DNA of 64,000 nt from a virus: IMG/VR virus record IMGVR_UViG_3300046003_004989, positions 64,001 through 128,000 of that record; one strand, 5' to 3'. This document shows, in pieces, positions 37,447-47,154 of the stretch (positions are counted from its first letter, which is position 1; every line of letters begins with the position of its first letter). A program made the translations under genes and the position numbers. The notes beneath the pieces are model-generated. The model was not told the origin of the DNA and searched no databases. It worked only from the letters and a program-made list of their open reading frames with translations.

Positions 37447-38019
37447 TTATTCGTCTCCAGGTTTTGAAGGTTTTTCCATCTCAGGACCTTCAGACATCGA
37501 AGGTATTTGAGCAGACATTTTAGGCATTTCTTTACCTGTCATTTCAGCGTATTGAGTTTTCAATTTAGCTAATTCCCCAAACTGATCAAGTTTCTTCATT
37601 TCTAAAGCTTGTTCTTGTTTCAGAGATGACTTGATTTTACCTCTTTTAAAAAGGAATGCAATATATAATGCTGTTAGTGCAGCACCTACAACTAACCCTT
37701 TTGTTATTTTTTTGGCAGTACCTACAGTTGCGTTAACTGCACTGTCCCATTCTTCTGAACCAGTATTTTCTAGATGTCCTCCAGCTTCATTAAGTGATTC
37801 ATTAAACGATTCATATAGGTATGTTAAAGTTGATTCGTTAACGTCTTCAATTGATTTGATTGATTCATTAATTCCATCACCACTATGCAGTAGAATGAAA
37901 TTTACGATATCTTCAAATTCCTGTTTTGCAGGAGAGTGATTGTAGGCGTTACAAAGCTTTCTATATTCTTTCAATTCGTCTTGAATTCGAAGAACATTCA
38001 TTGGCAATATAAAACTCAT
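37447..38019 (-). CDS. Late protein with TM helix and multiple xNE sites
   Basis: INES, VNES, FNES and LNEA followed by a hydrophobic helix; late promoter at 38054-38061. Confidence 0.6.
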   Translation of the reverse strand: MSFILPMNVLRIQDELKEYRKLCNAYNHSPAKQEFEDIVNFILLHSGDGINESIKSIEDVNESTLTYLYESFNESLNEAGGHLENTGSEEWDSAVNATVGTAKKITKGLVVGAALTALYIAFLFKRGKIKSSLKQEQALEMKKLDQFGELAKLKTQYAEMTGKEMPKMSAQIPSMSEGPEMEKPSKPGDE

Positions 38020-38079
38020 AGTTATTGTATGTTGTTAGTCTTTACGATTTAATTATATATCCTCAGCTTAAAGGTCGGC

Positions 38080-38110
38080 AAAAAAAAAGCTCTTCCGAAG
38101 AAGAGCTTTT
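38080..38110 (-). terminator. Terminator after the major capsid gene
   Basis: AAAAGCTCTT-CTTCGG-AAGAGCTTTTTTTTT. Confidence 0.85.
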
Positions 38111-38131
38111 GTATGGGTTGGTTGTATAAGA

Positions 38132-39742
38132 TTATACTAAAGAACCTAAGTTTGGATGCATGAAAACACCTGAAGTTAAGTACATAGTTTCTGGGTGGAA
38201 ACCAGCTTCTACTAAAGCATAACGAGATTTAACCGCAACTTTAGGAGCCATAGTACCTTCAGCAATTGTTTGTACGCTTTCAGCCATTAAGTAAGGCATG
38301 AATACTAAACCAGGAGAATTACCATCACCTTTACGTCCTACCAAGAAACGTGTATCACCCCAAGCCATGTTAGGATCGTTGTAGATCGCTAGACCAGCAA
38401 GAGTACCGATTGGGTAAAGTGAACCAGACATTTGGTTGATAGTGTTTGCCATTGGAGCAGGTACGAAACCAGCAACGTCTTGAAGAGCAGAACATACTTG
38501 ACCGTTAGTTACAACGAAAGTAGCTGGTCCACGACGACCTCTAATAGCAATAAGGTTAGCGATAGCTAATACCTTAGACATGATTTTTCTTTGACGAGTT
38601 GACATGTTCTCTGAAGCAGAGTTAAGTACCTCATTTTTAACAGCTGTAGCACCTGTAAGTGTAGAGTTGTATAAGTAAGATCCGAAGTTAGTCAACGGGT
38701 TAGTTGTAGTACCAGAAACTAATACGTCAGTAGCACCAATATTCAAGAAGAAGTTGATTGCTTGTGACTTAATTACGTTAGCGTGGTTAGTTTCACCTAA
38801 GAAGAATAATCTAGTTAAGATGTTTTTGTTGATTGATTGAGTCAATTCGTTAATCAATACTGATTCTACTTGAGATACAGCATCTACTCCGAATTGTTTC
38901 AAATCTTGAACTTGCTCACGAGTTACAGCAGCAGCAACTTGGAAAGTTTTAGCTTCTACTGATTTGTTGAACAATGAAAGGTTCATGATGTTATCCATCG
39001 TACCTTCACCAGTTTCTCTTGAGTAAGGATCGTTGATTGTTTCGTTTGTTGGATAAGAAGCAGCAGCAAGAGCATTACCAGAGAATCCAGTGATGTGATC
39101 TTCAAGAGCTTTTACTAATTCAACAGAAGTAAATGATGTTGCAGTAACACCACCGATAAGAATACCAGAGATTGCAGCAGCAACAGTTGCAGTACCTGTA
39201 GTACCAGCTACTTTGAAGATTGGGTAACCATCAAGACGTGATCCACCGATGTAAGTAAATGTGTAACCAGCAGATGAACCAACAGCACCAGCAGTAAAGC
39301 CAGGTGATGGAGTAGCACCGTAGTTTAATTTAATTAAAAGTGGAGCATTACCTAAAGTACCAGCAGTTTTACCACCACCGTATACGAAGTCTAAATAAGT
39401 AAGAACACCCATTGGACCAGGCATTGGTACAACTGGAACTAAGTCAAGACCAATTGTTTGAGCAGCAACTTGCATAGCAAGAGGCAATAATGTGTGTGCT
39501 TTGTCACCTGAACCAGTCGTTTGGCTATCAAAACCAGACTGAGTAGTCGGAGAATCAGGGAAACGGGTAGCACCCATACCGTTAACAGCGCCTAATTGAG
39601 CTAAGTTGTTGTTTTCGTACAATTCATGGTAATGACAGTATTTAGACATCCACTCAACTTTAGAACGCTCAGTGATTCCAGTATTAGACTCTACGATAGA
39701 AGCCCATTTACCAAAAATTTCTTGTTCGTTAATAAGATACAT
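38132..39742 (-). CDS. gp23: Major capsid protein (gp23-like)
   Basis: DLVPVVPMPGP, VEAKT, EQVQDL, RRGPATF, MPY and KSRYAL gp23-family motifs. Confidence 0.92.
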   Translation of the reverse strand: MYLINEQEIFGKWASIVESNTGITERSKVEWMSKYCHYHELYENNNLAQLGAVNGMGATRFPDSPTTQSGFDSQTTGSGDKAHTLLPLAMQVAAQTIGLDLVPVVPMPGPMGVLTYLDFVYGGGKTAGTLGNAPLLIKLNYGATPSPGFTAGAVGSSAGYTFTYIGGSRLDGYPIFKVAGTTGTATVAAAISGILIGGVTATSFTSVELVKALEDHITGFSGNALAAASYPTNETINDPYSRETGEGTMDNIMNLSLFNKSVEAKTFQVAAAVTREQVQDLKQFGVDAVSQVESVLINELTQSINKNILTRLFFLGETNHANVIKSQAINFFLNIGATDVLVSGTTTNPLTNFGSYLYNSTLTGATAVKNEVLNSASENMSTRQRKIMSKVLAIANLIAIRGRRGPATFVVTNGQVCSALQDVAGFVPAPMANTINQMSGSLYPIGTLAGLAIYNDPNMAWGDTRFLVGRKGDGNSPGLVFMPYLMAESVQTIAEGTMAPKVAVKSRYALVEAGFHPETMYLTSGVFMHPNLGSLV

Positions 39743-39823
39743 TTTGTGTATTTTGTTTTTTATTTGAGTTATGCTTCTGCTTTTTGTGTTTTAGCAGATT
39801 TTGCATTTTGTTTTATTATTGAT

Positions 39824-39831
39824 TATATATC
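39824..39831 (-). promoter_or_regulatory. Late promoter GATATATA for the capsid gene
   Basis: Recurrent motif. Confidence 0.65.
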
Positions 39832-39908
39832 AGGGAGACTGAGATATTTTTTCTAGAAGTCAAACTAGCCAATTAAGACTAGTTTGCTTTAAATTATAAT
39901 GTGATAGA

Positions 39909-41813
39909 TTAGTAGCCTCTACCGAAACGTTTTTTAAGACCTGCATGAACAGCTTCCATATAAGCGTCTGGAGTTTGATATGCTGCTGTTTCATTAATAG
40001 GAGCAGAAGCATTTTCATTGATAGGTGCATCTAATTTAGAAGGACGTAAATCTCTTGTAGACCAGAAGTTATCAACTGCATATTGATTATCTAAAACTTT
40101 CACAGAAGCTTGAGCTTTGATAGCATTCTTTTGTGATTCGTTAAGACCATTCCAAGATTCTTTGTATTTAGCTGGCATATTAGTCAACCAATTGAAAGAT
40201 GGAGCAGCAATAATAAATGCTGATTCATAAAGTCTTTCAGCATCTACTGAACCATAGAATTTATTGTTTTCAAAGATAGTGATTACTTCGTCTTTCTTTT
40301 CAGGTGTTAAAGAAGCAAATTGATTTCTTTTAGTTTCAGTTAAGAAGTTTAAGAAATGTAATTTGTTAGAGTTATTAGCTTCATTTACTGCTTTAGCTGA
40401 TTCTAAAATAGAATTCAATTTATCAGTAAGATTTTTCTCATAATTATCAGAACCTGCATCAATAGTAACATCGATTGCGGCTGGAGTAGCAGTAGGTTCA
40501 GAACCTTCATTTACTGGTTCAGCATTTGCATCAATAACAACTTTACCTTCATTGATTTCTTTAACGATGTGATTTAAGTAACCGCTTAAGTTTTCTGTTT
40601 GTTCTTTCAAATATTCAGTGTATTCAATGATAGATGATGTACCTTCAACGATATAATCGTTATGAGAAATTACGTTATCTAATTGTTCATTGATATGATT
40701 TTGATAAGACCAACGGTTATTAGATTCGTTAGCTACATATTTAGTGAATTCAATACCTTGATCAGCTTTTTCAGCTACAACTTTAGTATATTCAATTCCT
40801 TCATCAGCTTTCTTAGCTACAACTTTAGTGTATTCGATTAAGTGGTCAACTGATTCAGCAAGTTTTTCTGAATAGTTAATTCCTTGATTAGATCTTTCAC
40901 CAACAAGTTCAGCGTAATTTTTAACTTTCTCTAGGTTTTCGATGATGTAGTCATTATGTGAAATAAGACCATCAACAGACTCAGCAAGTTTTCCAATGTA
41001 TTCTTGAATTTGGTTAACTCTTTTAGCTGTTTCTTCAGTGTACTTAACAAGTCCTTCATTTACAGAAGTATTGTTATTTGCATTTTGGGATTCAGTTAAA
41101 GCTTTTTTAAGATTGTCAACCTCATTTTTTACATGTTTTGAGTACTCATTAAAGTCTTCAACTGTAATGTATTTTTTAGAATCCATTTCGTTGATTTTTG
41201 TTTCTTTGTTTGATTCAGTATATTTATCTTCTTCCGTAGATTTGATAGTAGACTCATCCAATGTGAAGTCAGTTTCATAGATAGAAATTAGGCTATCTTC
41301 ACCGAAACCGAAAGATTCATTTACTCTTTTTAATTCAGCATTAGCAAATCCGGGATCTGCTACTAAATCGTAAGTAAACATTTTTTTGATCTTAACATGT
41401 CCATTAGATTCAACAACACCTGCTGCTCTAGATGAAATATGAAGTGGAACTCCAGCATCAACTAATGCCATAGCTTGTTTACCTGCATCTGTATTAAGAA
41501 GTCTAATACGACCAGTTACTTTTTTAGATTTTGGATCGTATGAAAGGTCCTCAATGATATGAGAAGCATTTTTTAGGGAGATGTCAAAAGACTTAGGATG
41601 GTCAAGTTCACCAAGAAGTTTATTACCTTGCAATTTAGCTTGGAGTTCTTGGATGTGAGGCATTAACTCTTTTTCGTCGTAGATTCTATTGTTTTTGTTT
41701 CTAACGCCGATTTCAGTAAATGTACCTTCTAGCACATACTTATCTCCGTCTTTAGAAGATTGAAGATTCCCTTCGGATCTTTCTAATACGAGTAGATATT
41801 TGTTATTGCTCAT
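39909..41813 (-). CDS. gp21: Prohead protease (gp21-like) fused to scaffold/core (gp22-like)
   Basis: NKNNRIY, GELDHP, ISSRAAG and YDLVADPGF protease motifs followed by about 450 aa of coiled coil with repeats. Confidence 0.88.
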   Translation of the reverse strand: MSNNKYLLVLERSEGNLQSSKDGDKYVLEGTFTEIGVRNKNNRIYDEKELMPHIQELQAKLQGNKLLGELDHPKSFDISLKNASHIIEDLSYDPKSKKVTGRIRLLNTDAGKQAMALVDAGVPLHISSRAAGVVESNGHVKIKKMFTYDLVADPGFANAELKRVNESFGFGEDSLISIYETDFTLDESTIKSTEEDKYTESNKETKINEMDSKKYITVEDFNEYSKHVKNEVDNLKKALTESQNANNNTSVNEGLVKYTEETAKRVNQIQEYIGKLAESVDGLISHNDYIIENLEKVKNYAELVGERSNQGINYSEKLAESVDHLIEYTKVVAKKADEGIEYTKVVAEKADQGIEFTKYVANESNNRWSYQNHINEQLDNVISHNDYIVEGTSSIIEYTEYLKEQTENLSGYLNHIVKEINEGKVVIDANAEPVNEGSEPTATPAAIDVTIDAGSDNYEKNLTDKLNSILESAKAVNEANNSNKLHFLNFLTETKRNQFASLTPEKKDEVITIFENNKFYGSVDAERLYESAFIIAAPSFNWLTNMPAKYKESWNGLNESQKNAIKAQASVKVLDNQYAVDNFWSTRDLRPSKLDAPINENASAPINETAAYQTPDAYMEAVHAGLKKRFGRGY

Positions 41814-41832
41814 TTGGGCTACTATTTTTTAT

Positions 41833-41840
41833 TATATATC
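41833..41840 (-). promoter_or_regulatory. Late promoter GATATATA
   Basis: Recurrent motif. Confidence 0.65.
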
Positions 41841-41866
41841 AATGGTATAAAGGAATTGTTTGACTA

Positions 41867-43480
41867 TTACATACCCGTAACTTCAGCATCTTTCTTAGCT
41901 GCTTCACGTTTTGCTTCGTCTTCTAATTCTTTTAATTTTTTGTTTAATCTTAGATCTTCTGCTGATAAACCGAGGAATCTTTGTATCAAGAATTCGGATG
42001 AGAAGTATTTAATTTCGTTCATATTAGCATCTGTTTCAACTAGACCATCTTTCATAGATTGTACGAAGTCTAATCGTTTTTGTAAGATTTCTATCTCTTT
42101 CATTTCTTCGAAGATATTGTATCTGTGATATTTGATACCAATTTGTGCTTTGAATGCATCATCTTCTTTTAATTCAGGGAAGTCAAGACACATCTGAATC
42201 CAAAGAGGTTTAACAAGAATTTCTTGGAAAACTGAACGAAGACGAGTAACAAAACGACCGAATTTAATTTCATCTCGAGTCATACCTTCGGCATTCATCT
42301 CCCATGAAGGAGGTGATTCCATATCAAAACGAGAAAGAGGAATTTTAGATACTTTGATTAACTTCTCACGGAAGTATTTAAGTGCATCAGTATCAGACAA
42401 GTCTGGACCATCATTACCAATTGTTTCAATTGTTGGTTCACCTGCATCACCTGAAGGAAACCAATATTCTTTATTGAACGGCATCATCGCTTTACCATTA
42501 ACTTTCAATTCACCTGAATCGGTATCGAAGTCAATTTGTTCACGGTAGTTTTGCATCAAAACACCAAGAGATTGTTTTGCTCTAGTTTTTGATTTACCAC
42601 CGACTGGTATAACGAATTTAGTTTTGAATGATGCATTTACTGTTGCCCAAATAACTCTTGAGTGCTCCATAATTCGGAGTAAGTTAAATGAACGGATAAG
42701 ACGCTCAACATAAGAAACACGATTAACTGTGTTAACGTTGGCATATGATATGTAAATTACTTGAGAATCGTAAATTACACGTTCTTTATTAGGTTGACCT
42801 TTGAACTGTTTCCAAAGTTTTTTACCTTCTTTGTCAAGACCTGGCTCTAATGAGATAGGATCTAATTCTTTGAAACCGATAATTCTGGTTTGCTCTTTAT
42901 TATAAATTATCTCAAATGCGAGATAACCATCAACTAACCATTTTCTAAAGTATGACCAAGCTGCGATATCATTATTGAATCCGAAGTATTGGTAAACTCT
43001 TTTAAAGTTAGTCTCTAATGCGATTTTTATTGCTTCTAATGTGCCAGGTTCTAATGTTTCATCATCAAATGCTAGCGGATAACAAAAATAATTTTTATCA
43101 TCAAATACAATACACTCATCACACAGAGTGTCTAGAATATCTTCAATTTCATCTTGTATAGCGAATTTACGAAGGTCTTCTCGTTTCTTTGGATATGATT
43201 TATCAAAAATTGAAATTGATTTTCTTAAATTGATATCTGTCATTGATAGGTTTGCAAATAGAGCATAATCGTCATATTCACCACCTGCAACGTTTCTTGG
43301 ATCCATTGTCCAACCGTAACGATCTTCGTTTATACCAATAGCCTTAGAGTTCTTCAACACCATATCGTCATACATCATACCGAATGATGATAACGACTTA
43401 AGAGCTTTACTAACGAGGTTTCTAGATGCTGGATTTGGTTTTCCAGCTGAAGTTTCGTCTCTGTTTACGAATCCTGCCAT
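41867..43480 (-). CDS. gp20: Portal protein (gp20-like)
   Basis: FRKWLVDG, ELDP, YWFP, KIPLSR and RDEIKFGRFVTRLR motifs. Confidence 0.93.
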   Translation of the reverse strand: MAGFVNRDETSAGKPNPASRNLVSKALKSLSSFGMMYDDMVLKNSKAIGINEDRYGWTMDPRNVAGGEYDDYALFANLSMTDINLRKSISIFDKSYPKKREDLRKFAIQDEIEDILDTLCDECIVFDDKNYFCYPLAFDDETLEPGTLEAIKIALETNFKRVYQYFGFNNDIAAWSYFRKWLVDGYLAFEIIYNKEQTRIIGFKELDPISLEPGLDKEGKKLWKQFKGQPNKERVIYDSQVIYISYANVNTVNRVSYVERLIRSFNLLRIMEHSRVIWATVNASFKTKFVIPVGGKSKTRAKQSLGVLMQNYREQIDFDTDSGELKVNGKAMMPFNKEYWFPSGDAGEPTIETIGNDGPDLSDTDALKYFREKLIKVSKIPLSRFDMESPPSWEMNAEGMTRDEIKFGRFVTRLRSVFQEILVKPLWIQMCLDFPELKEDDAFKAQIGIKYHRYNIFEEMKEIEILQKRLDFVQSMKDGLVETDANMNEIKYFSSEFLIQRFLGLSAEDLRLNKKLKELEDEAKREAAKKDAEVTGM

Positions 43481-43502
43481 GTTTTTATATTTTGAGTTAT
43501 AG

Positions 43503-43510
43503 TATATATC
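43503..43510 (-). promoter_or_regulatory. Late promoter GATATATA
   Basis: Recurrent motif upstream of the portal gene. Confidence 0.65.
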
Positions 43511-43521
43511 CGATCTAAAAA

Positions 43522-44271
43522 TCAGTTATCGAACTTATATTTACCTTTCATTTTTGCTGCATCTCGCTTTAAACGAGCTTCTCCTCTATTATCCCTTTGA
43601 TATTGTACATGAAGTTTAAAACTTTCATAAATATTTTGTAACGAATAATAAGGATTGTTTATTTGAAGTTCTGGGAATATTTTAGGCTGATCTAATTTAA
43701 CAGCTTTGTCCCAATCTTCATAACAAATACACACCTTTGGTGTTTGCATTCTACTAGGAATGTATTGTCTTAAAGCGAAAGAAAATCCTAGCGTATCTAA
43801 AGCAGTTTTTAAATTATATAGATCCATCACTACAGATTTCTGTTCTATGGCTTTATTACTACTTTTCACAATAGCTGCTTTATAACTTGCAGCATACATC
43901 TTACGTATTTGTTCTACGATAAATTTTCTTGCTTCTGGTGGATACCAACTAATATTAAGTCCTAAACAATTTTTACCGTTTGCTCCTTGAACGTTACCTA
44001 GAGCTAGAACAATAGGATGTTGGTCCCAGTAGTCTAATTCGTTTTTGTAAAGTGGAGTGTATTTAAAGACGTATATTTTGCCAGGTTCTAAATATGGCTG
44101 TTTAACTTGTTGAACTCTCGTACTATTCTTGTTTTCAATTTCCGACATCAACCAAGCATAAGCATCTTTAGCATCCTTAGTAGTCTTTTCATCTTCCTTA
44201 GATGTAGGAGCAGATGATTGTAATGTGAGGAGTTTAATTACTTCCCCTAAAAAGTCTAATAGTGATTTCAT
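43522..44271 (-). CDS. gp2: DNA end protector (gp2-like)
   Basis: PGKIYVFKY, YWDQHPIV, GLNISWYPP and RQY motifs; adjacent to gp4. Confidence 0.75.
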   Translation of the reverse strand: MKSLLDFLGEVIKLLTLQSSAPTSKEDEKTTKDAKDAYAWLMSEIENKNSTRVQQVKQPYLEPGKIYVFKYTPLYKNELDYWDQHPIVLALGNVQGANGKNCLGLNISWYPPEARKFIVEQIRKMYAASYKAAIVKSSNKAIEQKSVVMDLYNLKTALDTLGFSFALRQYIPSRMQTPKVCICYEDWDKAVKLDQPKIFPELQINNPYYSLQNIYESFKLHVQYQRDNRGEARLKRDAAKMKGKYKFDN

Positions 44272-44750
44272 TATTCAGTTTTAACTTTAAAGAAGTCTTC
44301 TGTTACTAGTAAGAATTGCCAACCTTTGGCTTTTGCAAATTCTTCAGCTGCTGATTTCTTACACATATTAGTGACCCATGTTTCATAAGCCCATTTGTAA
44401 GATTTCATAGACTTTTCAGTTTTTCGTTTAGGTGGTTCGGGTTTAAGCAATTGAGCTTTAGGTTTTACCTCTACGATATAGACTGATCCATTTTTAAGAC
44501 TGACAAGATAATCAGGAAAGTAGTTATGATATTTATTGTCCAAAGGACTAAAATACTTAATGGAAAAAGATTCCGAAGACCATGAAACGATCTCCGGATT
44601 CCTTTCGCAGTATAAGCAAAATTTTCTTTCCCATGAGGAACGATATATGATAGGACCGTTTCCTCTATACTTTTTGCATTCATTAATAGGGAAATATCCC
44701 TGAATAAACCCCGACTTTTTAGACGGTTTGTTACTTTTTATTGAATGCAT
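44271..44750 (-). CDS. gp4: Head completion nuclease (gp4-like, TnsA fold)
   Basis: YRSSWE, WSSE, YFPD and VEVKP motifs. Confidence 0.9.
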   Translation of the reverse strand: MHSIKSNKPSKKSGFIQGYFPINECKKYRGNGPIIYRSSWERKFCLYCERNPEIVSWSSESFSIKYFSPLDNKYHNYFPDYLVSLKNGSVYIVEVKPKAQLLKPEPPKRKTEKSMKSYKWAYETWVTNMCKKSAAEEFAKAKGWQFLLVTEDFFKVKTE

Positions 44751-44768
44751 ACATTGACTTTTTAAATG

Positions 44769-45122
44769 TTATTCTTCGTCTTCGTCTTCAGTAGAAGCAC
44801 CTTCTTGAACTTGTGCGATTCCACCTTTACCGATCAAAGCAGAAATTTCTTCTTCTGTGAATTGAACGTCATTAGCTTTGTCTTCACCATTAAAGATATA
44901 AACACCATTAGTAACACCTTGATAGATCATATCTGTATGTTTGTCAGCATCAACAGTTAAAACGTACTCTTTACCAGGAGTAAGATCTGCAACAGTTGCA
45001 AGAGCTCCACCTACTGGATCAGCATCCGTTGTGTTAGTTGGGTTGAATCCGTCAGCATCATTAGCTTCTTGAACGTTATAATGTTCGTTTACGAATTCAT
45101 CAAATGATAGTAAATTTTTCAT
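44769..45122 (-). CDS. Putative internal head protein (capsid-targeting-like leader)
   Basis: MKNLLSFDEFVNE; late promoter at 45144-45151; paralogous to the C-terminus of 48255..49919. Confidence 0.7.
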   Translation of the reverse strand: MKNLLSFDEFVNEHYNVQEANDADGFNPTNTTDADPVGGALATVADLTPGKEYVLTVDADKHTDMIYQGVTNGVYIFNGEDKANDVQFTEEEISALIGKGGIAQVQEGASTEDEDEE

Positions 45123-45173
45123 TTTAGTAATTTTTCTTTTTTATATTTATCTCAGAACATACTGAGAGGTTTG

Positions 45174-45989
45174 TTAGTATACTGGATGACTACCAGCAGA
45201 AGCTGAATCAGTCGAATTCGTATATCCTTTAGTGTTTACATTTTGATCAGGTCCAGATGTAGGAGTGAGAGTACCCGTACCTACCATCGTAGCTTCTTCC
45301 TCTAATTTCTTACCTTGGTCATCTGTTAGAGGTTTATCTCTAAGAACTTTGTTTATTTCTACAAAGAATTGAGATTCTTCTGGTGTTAGATTAGCTTTAA
45401 CATATTTGGAAATATCTCTCATAATTTTTGAGCGCATATTATTGTTAGTTTTAATCTTTTCGTAAGATGAACCTTTCTTAAAAGTACCGTCAATGTAAGG
45501 ATATTTTTGAAGGTCCGCTAGTAGAGAATTTAATTTTGCGTCTGCATTAAATTTAGCAGCTATATTTTCTGCTTCATCTCTCATTTTAGCATAAGCTTTA
45601 TCAGATTTTATCTTTGAAAGTTTAGCAACAATGGATTGTCTCCAATTAGAAAAAATATAACCTGCAATAATCAGACCACCTCCAGCTAAAGCAGCTCCAG
45701 CTTTAATTAGATCTGCTGCAAGAATACCTTTTGTTACTTCCCACCATTGCAAATCCTCATTAATCATTTCATCAACTACAATTTCTTGAGATTCACATAT
45801 ATGAATTGTTCCTTTATTATCACGGAATTGAACTCTTCCGTTTGAAGTTTCTTTTGATACGATTACACCAGAAAATCCATCCAAAGATGTAACATAATCA
45901 CCGACTTCTAATTGACATCCGTCAAATGAATATACAGGACTAGGATAATTTTCGTTTAGGTATTGATCGTAAGATGGTAGATTTTTCAT
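45174..45989 (-). CDS. Putative internal head protein with TM helix
   Basis: MKNLPSYDQYLNE; hydrophobic AGAALAGGGLIIAGYIF segment. Confidence 0.65.
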   Translation of the reverse strand: MKNLPSYDQYLNENYPSPVYSFDGCQLEVGDYVTSLDGFSGVIVSKETSNGRVQFRDNKGTIHICESQEIVVDEMINEDLQWWEVTKGILAADLIKAGAALAGGGLIIAGYIFSNWRQSIVAKLSKIKSDKAYAKMRDEAENIAAKFNADAKLNSLLADLQKYPYIDGTFKKGSSYEKIKTNNNMRSKIMRDISKYVKANLTPEESQFFVEINKVLRDKPLTDDQGKKLEEEATMVGTGTLTPTSGPDQNVNTKGYTNSTDSASAGSHPVY

Positions 45990-47152
45990 TACTCTTCTTC
46001 GTTTTCTTTTTGTTTATCTTCTGGTTTGTCTTCTTCGTCGTGCTTATCGTCATGTTTATCATCACCTTTGGTGACCATTCCAATAGCTGTTTCACAAATA
46101 CCTACAACCCAAAGACCTTTTGCAGTATATTTCATACACATTAAAATAACTCCAATTCCTGGAAGTGCTGTCATTATCATAGTTCCAATAGCAGAAACGC
46201 CCATTTCTTTTATTAAACTTGTAACTCCAGCTTTAATAGCATATCCAGTAACAAGTGCAAATACTGCTCCAACTATAGTGAATTCAAATGGACCAGGAGC
46301 TTTAGCTACTTTTGAAAGGAATGACGAGATTCCAGAAAGACCCTTATTGGCAGCTGAACCAGCGGCATGTTCAGTAGAATGTAAAGCTTTAAATGGTTGA
46401 AACTCTGCAACTTTATGTACTAAAGCTGAAAGGAAAGGAATTTTAATTCCTCCATGATCAGAACTTTCTTTTAGGTATTGAACAAAGTCATAACTTTCAA
46501 CGATCAAATCAGAAGCAGCTAAATAAAGAGCTGTTTCTAACATTTCCGAATAACCTTCATTTGTAGAGGCAGCTTGATTTAAACCTGCACCCATTTCACT
46601 TGAGATACCACCAAACCATTTAGCAGTTGCTTTTGCCATAGATCCGAGATTTTTAACCTCTTCTTTTGCGACATCAGCTTTACCTTTAAATTTTCCTTTA
46701 GCAGCTTCTGTTATTTTTTCTTTCGATTTAGCGTAACCAGATTCTACCTGTCCTTTAATATAGTCCCAAGCTTTTTGAATGAAAGCTTTAACGATACCGA
46801 GGATTTTTTGTATTAAAGCAGAAACAGATCCACCAATTTTCATGATAGCTTCTTGAGTACCTGAAAGATATTCTTTACCCTTTTCTTTTGCTACTTGTAT
46901 AGCAGCTTTAGCTTTAGCTTTTAATTTATCTGCAATCGATTCTTCATTGAGAGTACCTTCAAAGATCGAATCCCATTGTTCAGTTTCAATGATTGCTTCA
47001 GATAGAAGACGTTCTTCTTCTGAAATATGTGGAGATTTAGATAGAGCCTCAAATAGATATTTTTTAGCGTCTATTGATTGAGATTTGAATTCAGAATAAA
47101 TTCTTTGAGCTTCAAATATCATATACTCTTCGTAAGATAATATTCTTTTCAT
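45989..47152 (-). CDS. Putative internal head protein with hydrophobic helical hairpin
   Basis: MKRILSYEEYMIFE; C-terminal hydrophobic region; acidic tail ending EEE. Confidence 0.65.
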   Translation of the reverse strand: MKRILSYEEYMIFEAQRIYSEFKSQSIDAKKYLFEALSKSPHISEEERLLSEAIIETEQWDSIFEGTLNEESIADKLKAKAKAAIQVAKEKGKEYLSGTQEAIMKIGGSVSALIQKILGIVKAFIQKAWDYIKGQVESGYAKSKEKITEAAKGKFKGKADVAKEEVKNLGSMAKATAKWFGGISSEMGAGLNQAASTNEGYSEMLETALYLAASDLIVESYDFVQYLKESSDHGGIKIPFLSALVHKVAEFQPFKALHSTEHAAGSAANKGLSGISSFLSKVAKAPGPFEFTIVGAVFALVTGYAIKAGVTSLIKEMGVSAIGTMIMTALPGIGVILMCMKYTAKGLWVVGICETAIGMVTKGDDKHDDKHDEEDKPEDKQKENEEE

Positions 47153-47154
47153 GT

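Noticed and set aside
43522-44271. Capsid-targeting leader on gp2 (MKSLLDFLGE), and similarly on the 675-aa protein (KLQQFILE)
   Set aside because: Only partial matches, so they were not counted among the 11 clear cases, although gp2 is plausibly packaged
44271-44750. TnsA transposase suggesting a Tn7-like element
   Set aside because: Its position next to gp2 and the portal identifies it as the gp4 head completion nuclease; no tnsB or tnsC is present
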